Assembly: GCA_036676985.1 (NCBI GenBank) | Contig: JAKFBU010000038.1 | Location: 96,001 to 160,000, forward strand | From: Candidatus Sericytochromatia bacterium | Lineage (GTDB): Bacteria > Cyanobacteriota > Sericytochromatia > S15B-MN24 > UBA4093 | Direction of reading: 5' to 3' | Length of the DNA stretch: 64,000 nt | Part shown: piece by piece, positions 57,142 to 64,000 of the stretch | Position numbering within the stretch: position 1 is the stretch's first letter | Layout: each line of letters begins with the position of its first letter | Program-made: the position numbers and the translations under genes | Notes under the pieces: generated by a model | Told to the model about the DNA's origin: nothing | What the model saw: only the letters and a program-made list of their open reading frames with translations | Databases searched by the model: none

Positions 57142-58566
57142 TTAGCCGCCGTTGAGCGAGTAGTGCCAGGGCTCGGGTGGATAGTTGTGGAAGCCGAACC
57201 GGGTGGCGTTGCGCTTGAGCCAATCGTAGGCGCCCGGGGTGTTCCGGAAGTCGATGGCGTCGCCCTTCTCGTGGTTGCTGGTGCCAGGCCGCGCGACGTA
57301 CTTGGGGTTGGGGTTCGCCCGCCACAGTTCTTCCTGCTCGGCACGGCTCCGGTAGCCGGAGCTGATCTGGAGATTGATGCCGTCGCGGGCCGCGGCCGCC
57401 ACCATGGCGTCGAACTGGCCGGCCAGGTGCGCGCCGATGTAGTGCCCCTGTCGGCGGACAGCCGGCTTGGGGCCGCCGATGTTGATCACTTCGTCGCTGT
57501 TGCCGCCCGGAGTCTGGTGGACTTGACCTTCGACCCTGATGCCGAGCTCGGTCCAGGTCTTGGGGCCCACGATGCCGTCGGCCTGGAGCCCCTTGGACTG
57601 CTGGAAGCCCTTGACGGCGGCGACGGTCCTGGGGCCCATGGCGCCGTCGGAGGCACCCGGATCGAAGCCCAGCTCCCGCAGTCGATCCTGCAGCTTGCGC
57701 ACCGGGTCGCCGTTCGCGCCCTGCTTGAGCAGCGGGCCGGAGCCGCCGGGCTTGGGCATGGAGACCTGACCTTCGACCTTGATGCCGAGCTCGGTCCAGG
57801 TCTTGGGGCCCACGATGCCGTCGACCTGGAGCCCCTTGGACTGCTGGAAGCCCTTGACGGCCGCGACGGTCTTGGGGCCCATGGCGCCGTCGGTGGCACC
57901 CGGATCGAAGCCTAGCTCACGGAGCCGATCCTGCAGCCTGCGCACGGGGTCGCCGTTGGCGCCCTGCTTGAGCAGCGGGCCGGATCCCTCGGGCTTGGGC
58001 GCGGAAGCCTGGCCATCGACCTTGATGCCGAGCGCGGTCCAGGTCTGGGGGCCGACGATGCCGTCGACCTGGAGCCCCTTGGCCTGCTGGAAGCCCTTGA
58101 CGGCCGCGACGGTCTTGGGGCCCATGGCGCCGTCGGTGGCACCCGGATCGAAGCCCAGCTCACGGAGCCGATCTTGCAGCCTGCGCACGGGGTCGCCGTT
58201 CGCGCCCTGCCTGAGCAGCGGGCCGGACCCCTCGGGCTTAGGTTCGGGCTTGGGCTCAGGCTGCGCGGGGCTGGCCGGTGCCTTGGGCTGCTCCTGTTTG
58301 GCGGGCTGGCCCATCAGGAGCTTGTGCAGCATCTCTGTGAGCCGAGAGATCGTGCCGTTCTGGATGTAGGGCGTGAGCGCCGGGTTGACGGCTGACGCCG
58401 GGGCAGCGCTTTGCGAGAGGGTGAGCGTGTCGACGGGCGGGGCCGGCGGCGCGGTCGGAACGGTAGGAGCGCATTGCATTTGACGCAGCGCACCGAGCAG
58501 TTGCTGGTACTGGGGGACGCTCGTAGGGGGAGCGTAGGAAGTTGCTGCCAAATTGCGAGGATCCAC
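57142..58566 (-). CDS. 3x peptidoglycan-binding domain + M15-family D,D-peptidase
   Basis: Three LxQG.NGDPVR.LQ..L..LGF..DG..GP.T..AVKGFQ..GL..DGIVGP.TW repeats; SGYRS, SNHEKGDAID, EPWH; GTG start after GGAGGG. Confidence 0.9.
   Translation of the reverse strand: MDPRNLAATSYAPPTSVPQYQQLLGALRQMQCAPTVPTAPPAPPVDTLTLSQSAAPASAVNPALTPYIQNGTISRLTEMLHKLLMGQPAKQEQPKAPASPAQPEPKPEPKPEGSGPLLRQGANGDPVRRLQDRLRELGFDPGATDGAMGPKTVAAVKGFQQAKGLQVDGIVGPQTWTALGIKVDGQASAPKPEGSGPLLKQGANGDPVRRLQDRLRELGFDPGATDGAMGPKTVAAVKGFQQSKGLQVDGIVGPKTWTELGIKVEGQVSMPKPGGSGPLLKQGANGDPVRKLQDRLRELGFDPGASDGAMGPRTVAAVKGFQQSKGLQADGIVGPKTWTELGIRVEGQVHQTPGGNSDEVINIGGPKPAVRRQGHYIGAHLAGQFDAMVAAAARDGINLQISSGYRSRAEQEELWRANPNPKYVARPGTSNHEKGDAIDFRNTPGAYDWLKRNATRFGFHNYPPEPWHYSLNGG
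57520..58235. repeat. Three tandem 243-bp coding repeats (PG-binding domains)
   Basis: GCCGAGC..GGTCCAGGTC recurs at 57541, 57784 and 58027. Confidence 0.9.
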
Positions 58567-58691
58567 GGGCAATCCCTCCATCACGAGATACATGTTGCTT
58601 GTGGTCGTCGGGGTGGCAATCCTGAGTAAAATCGCTTCCAAGTTTCGTTAAAGTTTGGCTTAACCGTCGGGAAGTCTGATTTAATGGGGGC

Positions 58692-59906
58692 ATGTCGACC
58701 GCCTCCACGCCCGCTTCTCTTTCGCGCCGCATCAAGCAGCACGTCCATGCACCGCTGCATGACTGGTTCGCGCCGTGTGCGCCGGGCTTCGAGCCCGTAG
58801 TGGCAGGCGAGCTCGCGCCCCTGGAGGCCGAGGACATTCGGACCGAGGCGGGGGGCGTCTCCTTTCGGGGCAAGCTGGAAGTGGGCTATCGGGCGAACCT
58901 GTGGCTGCGCGCAGCCAACCGGGTACTCTTGCGCCTGGCCGAGTTCAAGGCGAAGCGTCCCGAAGAGCTGTTCCGCCATGCCAACGGCCTGTACTGGGAG
59001 GCGTTCCTCGCCCCCGACCTTCCCTTGCGCTTCCAGATCACGCGCGTCCGCTCTTGGATCAAGCACGACGGGCTCATCGAGTCGACGCTCCGCGACGCCA
59101 TCCGGCGCCGCCTGCTGGAGCAGGGGCTCGACGCCACCGTGGCCGACAGGCCGATCTCCCCGGCGGAGGACGGCGCGGAGCCCCTGGTGCAGCGCCTCAT
59201 GGTGCGCCTCGAGGACGACCGGCTCACGCTGTCCCTGGACTCGAGCGGCGAGCACCTCCACCGGCGCGGCTACCGCCAGGCGACGGCAAAGGCTCCCTTG
59301 CGGGAGACGCTCGCGGCGGGGATGCTGCTGGCAGCGGGCTATGACGGGCAGCGTCCGCTCCTGGATCCCATGTGCGGGTCCGGGACGCTCGCCATCGAGG
59401 CGGCCCTCATCGCCCGGCGCCTGCCGCCCGGCGCGCACCGCTCGTTCGTGTTCGAGCACTGGCCGTCCTACCGGGAGGCCACCTGGGGGCACTTGAAGAA
59501 GCGCGCGGCGGCCGAGGCCCTTCCGTCCGCTCCGGCGCCCATCGTGGGACGTGACAGCCATGGGGGAGCCATCCGTGCGGCCGAGACGAACGCGGAGCGG
59601 GCAGGTGTTTTGGGGGATCTGGTCCTGGAGCAAGGGGATTTCTTCCGAGCCGAGCCGCCCGCGGGGCCGGGCTGGGTGATCACGAACCCGCCCTACGGCA
59701 TGCGGGTCTCGGAAGGCGAGGACCTCCGGTCGCTGTACCGGCGCATCGGCGGACGGCTGCGGAGTGCCTACGCGGGCTGGGACTACGCCCTACTCGTCCC
59801 CGAGGCGCGGCTCATCGATGTCTTGGGTCTACCCGCCGAGCCCCCCCTCTGGATCCCCCACGGCGGCCTGAAGGTGGCCGTGGTCAGGGGGAAGCTGCCC
59901 CATTAG
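58692..59906 (+). CDS. THUMP-domain RNA methyltransferase (RlmL/UPF0020)
   Basis: LHRRGYR, APLRETLAA, LDPMCGSGTL, TNPPYG. Confidence 0.92.
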   Translation: MSTASTPASLSRRIKQHVHAPLHDWFAPCAPGFEPVVAGELAPLEAEDIRTEAGGVSFRGKLEVGYRANLWLRAANRVLLRLAEFKAKRPEELFRHANGLYWEAFLAPDLPLRFQITRVRSWIKHDGLIESTLRDAIRRRLLEQGLDATVADRPISPAEDGAEPLVQRLMVRLEDDRLTLSLDSSGEHLHRRGYRQATAKAPLRETLAAGMLLAAGYDGQRPLLDPMCGSGTLAIEAALIARRLPPGAHRSFVFEHWPSYREATWGHLKKRAAAEALPSAPAPIVGRDSHGGAIRAAETNAERAGVLGDLVLEQGDFFRAEPPAGPGWVITNPPYGMRVSEGEDLRSLYRRIGGRLRSAYAGWDYALLVPEARLIDVLGLPAEPPLWIPHGGLKVAVVRGKLPH

Positions 59907-59934
59907 GGCGACATCGAGCCAGTCTTCATGCACG

Positions 59935-60085
59935 TAAGGAACCGTTCGTTCCTTCGAGAGCTTCAGGACGAACGGGATTGTTGTGGGTAGCTCGAGTCTT
60001 AGCCCCCTTGAGCTGTTAGCGCTCCCTTGAGGTCAACGACAATTCCGTTCACCCTGAGGCCCTCGAAGGGCGAACGGACTCCTTA
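59935..60085. repeat. REP doublet / REPIN-like long inverted repeat
   Basis: About 50-bp arms 59935-59984 and 60036-60085 are imperfect reverse complements; each arm is itself a hairpin CCGTTC...GAACGG. Confidence 0.8.
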
Positions 60086-61066
60086 TGCCTTCAGGGGCTC
60101 CGCCACGCACGCGAGCAGCCCCCGCTCGATCTTCTCGCGATCCAGGTCCCGCCCGATGAACACCGCCCGCGTCTCCCGCCGCTCGCCTGGCGCCCATGCC
60201 CGGCCGCTCGTGGTCGCGAACAGGCTCGACACCCCCTGGAACAACAGGGGCTCGTCCATCTGCTGGACGTTCACGACGCCCTTGCACCGGTAGATCGACT
60301 CCCCGTAGTCCCTCAAGAGATTGCAGAAGAAGGTGTTGAGCTTCACCTGGTCGAAGGCCTGCTCGAAGCGGAACGAGATCGACCCGATGTCCGACGCGTG
60401 GTGGTGGTCCTCCACCTCCAGCGCGAAGCGCCCGGTGAATTCGAAGGCCTCCAGGTTCAGCACGGCATCGATCGTCACCACGCCCTGCACCGTCCGATGA
60501 ATCCTCGCCGTCTGGTTGAGACCCCGCAGCAGTCCTTCGACTTCCGAGGTCTCAGCCTCCGAGAGCAGGTCCGTCTTGTTGAGCAGGAGCACATCGGCGT
60601 ACCCGATCTGCGCCCGCAACAGCTCCCGATCCTCCTCGGGCGCGGTCGCAAGCCGGGTGCGCAGGTGGTAGCCGTCCACCAGCGTCACGATGGCGTCCAG
60701 GCGCGTGGCCTCGCACAGGTACGGGTCCGCGTAGAAGGCCGTCGCGATGGGGCCGGGGTTGGCGAGCCCCGTCGTCTCGATGACCAGTCCGTCGATCGCG
60801 CGGCCCGTGGCGAGGATGTCCGCGATGACCTGCTTCATGTCGCCCTGGACGGTGCAGCACAGGCAGCCGTTGTTCATCTCCACCAGCTGGCCCTGGGTGT
60901 TGACCACCAGGTCTCGGTCGATCCCCACCTCGTCGAACTCGTTGATGATCACCGCAAGGCGAGCCCCGTGCTCGGAGCTCAGGAGGTGGTTGAGGAAGGT
61001 GGTCTTGCCGGCGCCCAGGAAGCCCGTGACGATCGTGACCGGGACGCGCGGATCGTCGTGTCGCAT
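60083..61066 (-). CDS. CobW/COG0523 GTPase metallochaperone
   Basis: TGFLGAGKTT, NGCLCC, IETTGLA, NKTD, EDHHH, RCKG. Confidence 0.94.
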   Translation of the reverse strand: MRHDDPRVPVTIVTGFLGAGKTTFLNHLLSSEHGARLAVIINEFDEVGIDRDLVVNTQGQLVEMNNGCLCCTVQGDMKQVIADILATGRAIDGLVIETTGLANPGPIATAFYADPYLCEATRLDAIVTLVDGYHLRTRLATAPEEDRELLRAQIGYADVLLLNKTDLLSEAETSEVEGLLRGLNQTARIHRTVQGVVTIDAVLNLEAFEFTGRFALEVEDHHHASDIGSISFRFEQAFDQVKLNTFFCNLLRDYGESIYRCKGVVNVQQMDEPLLFQGVSSLFATTSGRAWAPGERRETRAVFIGRDLDREKIERGLLACVAEPLKA

Positions 61067-61222
61067 GCCACCAGTCTACCGCATCGCACGGGGCCGCGCG
61101 ACCGGCTCGCTTGCCGCCTTGGTGGACAGGAAATCCTCCGCAAATCACCCTTGGGTCGATCGGCCGGCGACGCTAGGATGACGGCTGCGGAGGGTGAGGG
61201 TCGCATGTCATGGAGGCACCTC

Positions 61223-62302
61223 ATGCCTTACCGGATGACCCCTCGTGGGCTCGCCCTCAGACTAACCCTCGGCACGTTGCTCGCGACGGCCTGCCAGGCC
61301 GCCCCGTTGCCGCATCCGCCCGACGACCCGCACGGAGACCACCCCCACGGATCCGCGCCCCCAGTCCGGGCCCCGGGATTTCCCCGGGCCACGCCCGGCT
61401 CGGTCAAGGTCGTCGACGAGGGGCCGGGGCGCGTGCGGCCGCCTTGGAATGGCTCGCGCAAGACGCCCATCTCCACCCAGGTCCTCTCCTATCCCACGAC
61501 CTATCAGGGACCGCTCACGGTGCGGGACCTCGCGATGGTCGAGTCGACCCTGTACACGATCGACCGCACGCTGCAGGCCGTGCCCGTCTCCGGCGGTCAG
61601 TGGGCGCCCGTGTCCGTGGCCGGCCTCTCTGCCCCCACGCGCCTCGCCTCCGACGGCCAGCGCCTCTTCGCCGGCACCTCGGGAGGCCAGGTGATGGGGC
61701 TGGACCCGGCGAACGGCCAGTCGGCGACGCTGGCGACCCTGCCTTCCGCCGTGACGGGGCTGCAGGTCGGCCAGAACGTCTTGTGGGTCGGCACGGAGCG
61801 CGACGGCGTCTACCGGGTGCCCGTCAACGGCGGCACGCCCGAGGCCCTCGTCACCAACGAGTCGGCGGCGCGGCGGGTCCAGGATCTGACCCTCGGCAAC
61901 CAGGTCGTCTTCACCCTGGGCGATCGCCTCTGGGCCTGGCCCATGGACGGCGCTCCGGCTCGGCCGGTACCCGGCTCCGAGGGGGCCACGGCCCTCACGT
62001 CCCACCGGGGCGTCTTGTATGCGGGGACCGCGGACGGCTGGCTCTTGCGCAGCCGCGACCAGGGCGTCACCACCCAGGCCCTCGGGCAGATGGTCGACAC
62101 CCCCCTCGAGACCCTGGGCACCGACGGGGCGTGGCTCTACTCCAGCAGCGGCAACACGGCCTACATGCTCGATCTCAAGCGCTACACCTATTCGCTTTGC
62201 CACGCGGGTTTCCCGGCGGCGGTCACCAACCTCACGGTCAAGGACGGAGCGACGGTGCTGGTGGGCACCCGGACCAGAGGGCTGACCACCATGCCGCGCT
62301 AG
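61223..62302 (+). CDS. Lipoprotein with beta-propeller repeats
   Basis: GGAGG RBS, lipobox ATAC, His/Pro linker, blade-like repeats LFAGT, LWVGT, LYAGT, VLVGT. Confidence 0.75.
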   Translation: MPYRMTPRGLALRLTLGTLLATACQAAPLPHPPDDPHGDHPHGSAPPVRAPGFPRATPGSVKVVDEGPGRVRPPWNGSRKTPISTQVLSYPTTYQGPLTVRDLAMVESTLYTIDRTLQAVPVSGGQWAPVSVAGLSAPTRLASDGQRLFAGTSGGQVMGLDPANGQSATLATLPSAVTGLQVGQNVLWVGTERDGVYRVPVNGGTPEALVTNESAARRVQDLTLGNQVVFTLGDRLWAWPMDGAPARPVPGSEGATALTSHRGVLYAGTADGWLLRSRDQGVTTQALGQMVDTPLETLGTDGAWLYSSSGNTAYMLDLKRYTYSLCHAGFPAAVTNLTVKDGATVLVGTRTRGLTTMPR

Positions 62303-62329
62303 CGCCCCTTATGGTACGATCCAGGGGCT

Positions 62330-62911
62330 ATGAACTTCTTCAGTTGCCGTGTTGAGACCCCGCTGCCCGACTCCGACCGCATCCGCGAGGAGACCTTGAT
62401 GGTCGACTCCCGCGGGGAGGTCTTCCTCGTCACCCGCCAGGCCGTGCGCTGCGCCCGGGGCCGTCACCTCGTGACGTCCGCCGCGCCGTGTGCGGCCTGT
62501 GAGCGTGAGTGGTGGTGGTCCGAGGGCTTCGTCACCGACGTGGACGGCTGGGTCAACGATGCCCTCAAGGTGGCCAACGAGGAGCGCTCCGTCCTCCTGG
62601 AGCAGGGCTGGACGGTGCAGAAGACCACGGCGCACTACACCCACATGCTGCCGCCCGCGGACGAAGCGGAGGTCCTCCTGCCGCTCGCGGACCCGTCCGA
62701 GATGCCCGCCGAGGTGCGGCGCGGCTTCATGCTCGCGCGTGAGCCGGAGCTTGCGCCGGTCGAGCGGCAAAGCATCACCCGCCTCAACCGCAAGGACCTC
62801 ATGGCCTACAAGCGTGTGGCGGCGGGCCTTGCCACCATGGCCGAACACCTGGACTACTTGAAGTCCCTGGCCCAGCCCCAGCCCAAGCGCCGCCGGGCGT
62901 CAGACGACTAG
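62330..62911 (+). CDS. Hypothetical protein (possible C-H-CxxC metal site)
   Basis: 193-aa ORF with biased codons, CARGRH...CAAC; TGGTACGAT extended -10 upstream. Confidence 0.65.
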   Translation: MNFFSCRVETPLPDSDRIREETLMVDSRGEVFLVTRQAVRCARGRHLVTSAAPCAACEREWWWSEGFVTDVDGWVNDALKVANEERSVLLEQGWTVQKTTAHYTHMLPPADEAEVLLPLADPSEMPAEVRRGFMLAREPELAPVERQSITRLNRKDLMAYKRVAAGLATMAEHLDYLKSLAQPQPKRRRASDD

Positions 62912-62916
62912 GTGCT

Positions 62917-63351
62917 CTAAAGCGAGGCCAGCGGGTCGAGCGTGGTCTCACCCGGATCGAAGTACTCGAGCAGGTCCTCTTCCGGCGCCTCCGCCACCAC
63001 GGCGGTGGCGGGGTCGACCGCGGCCACCGTCGCCGCCGGGCCGGGCACCATCTGCTGCAGCCGGGGCCCCAGCCCCGTGACGATGAGCAGCGCGGCCGCG
63101 ACGACCCCCATGGGCAGCCAGCGGCGGCCGGCCTGGCGCGCGCGCGGCGTCGCGAGCCCCAGGCGCTCCATCAGGACCGAAGGGGCGGCCTCCTGGGACA
63201 GAGAATTCAGGTCCCGCGCGACGCGGCGCATGCCCTCCTCGTAGGAGCGGCAGGCCCCGCAGGTGGCGAGGTGCGCCTCGAGCGCCGGCTGAGGGGCGCC
63301 CGGCAAGTCCAGGGCTTCTTGGATGAGCTGGTGGGCCGTCGTGCACGTCAT
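62917..63351 (-). CDS. Anti-sigma factor (zf-HC2 + TM)
   Basis: HLATCGAC HxxxCxxC, single TM; ATGA overlap with the sigma gene. Confidence 0.88.
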   Translation of the reverse strand: MTCTTAHQLIQEALDLPGAPQPALEAHLATCGACRSYEEGMRRVARDLNSLSQEAAPSVLMERLGLATPRARQAGRRWLPMGVVAAALLIVTGLGPRLQQMVPGPAATVAAVDPATAVVAEAPEEDLLEYFDPGETTLDPLASL

Positions 63352-63929
63352 GGCCGGTCTCCTTCGGTAGCGAGCAGTTCCTTGAGCTTTTCCCGTCCCC
63401 GAAAGAGCCACGTCTTGACGGTGCCGAGGGGGACATCGAGCACCTGGGCCATTTCCTCGTAGGTCATGTCCTCCACGTGTCGCAGCACGATCGCCTGCCG
63501 CCATGGGATGGGCAGCTGGGCGAGGGCCGCGGCGACGTCGCTTTCGACCACGATCCGGGCGAACGCCGGGTCCTCGGCGCCGGGCTCCCAGGGCTCCTCG
63601 CCGCCCAGGGCGTCGAAGGACTCCGGCCGGCGCGCCCGGACATGATCGAGGAAGCAGTTGTTCGCGATCTTCAACAGCCAGGGGGCGAACGCCGCCCCCT
63701 CGCGAAAGCGCCCGAGCGCGCCGAAGGCCTTGAGGAAGGTCTCCTGCGTCAGGTCGAGCGCCGTCTCCCGGTTGCCGGAGAGCCTGAAGAGGACGCCGTA
63801 GACGCGGTCCTGGTAGGTCCGCACGATGGCGGCCAGGGCCGTTCGATCCCCCGCGGCCCCCTTGCGGGCCCAGGTGGTCTCGAGGGAGGCGGGGCCTCGC
63901 GCGGACACGGCAACCGGGAAGCGGATCAT
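63348..63929 (-). CDS. ECF RNA polymerase sigma factor (SigW-like)
   Basis: DLTQETFLKA, WLLKIANN, YEEMAQVLDVPLGTVKTWLFRGR. Confidence 0.93.
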   Translation of the reverse strand: MIRFPVAVSARGPASLETTWARKGAAGDRTALAAIVRTYQDRVYGVLFRLSGNRETALDLTQETFLKAFGALGRFREGAAFAPWLLKIANNCFLDHVRARRPESFDALGGEEPWEPGAEDPAFARIVVESDVAAALAQLPIPWRQAIVLRHVEDMTYEEMAQVLDVPLGTVKTWLFRGREKLKELLATEGDRP

Positions 63930-63930
63930 G

Positions 63931-64000
63931 CTACTGCTTCTGCTCGTGGCGCCGCATCTTGCGGGGCTGCAGCGTCTCGAGCTTCTTCAGCTGGTCGGGC
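63931..64000 (-). CDS. 3' end of an upstream gene (possibly Spy/CpxP-like)
   Basis: Reads PDQLKKLETLQPRKMRRHEQKQ* ending 1 nt before the sigma start; only 22 codons visible. Confidence 0.45.
   Translation of the reverse strand, partial: PDQLKKLETLQPRKMRRHEQKQ

Noticed and set aside
57520-58235. Tandem DNA repeats as a possible CRISPR array
   Set aside because: 243-bp in-frame coding repeats with no unique spacers and no cas genes.

Overview
High-GC (roughly 70% by eye) bacterial chromosomal window, densely coding and mostly housekeeping/metabolic: acs, transaldolase, alaS, murI, holB-ricT(PSP1)-btpA, glcDEF, a complete pdhABC-lpdA operon, a BtuCD/FecCD-type ABC pair, a sugar ABC pair, two orphan histidine kinases, tRNA-Pro(CGG) and an ECF sigma/anti-sigma pair. 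The gene mix would fit a non-photosynthetic cyanobacteria-related or other Terrabacteria lineage (inference only). No CRISPR array, rRNA, transposase or prophage is visible. Best non-obvious signals: (1) an AhpD/CMD-family gene read through an in-frame TGA at a CxxU motif with a SECIS-like hairpin (probable selenoprotein, 55928-56455); (2) a 78-bp MITE present twice, one copy inserted in frame in the PhnD signal peptide; (3) a synonymous-only duplicate of the last 12 PhnD codons forming a mini-ORF with its own RBS; (4) a tightly coupled XPB helicase - histidine kinase - SIR2 gene string; (5) several signal-peptide-less, extracellular-looking proteins, two sharing a D-x-L-T-L-S-Q motif; (6) a REPIN-like doublet and several unannotated small or leaderless ORFs. 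All identifications come from motif recognition by eye; no searches were run.
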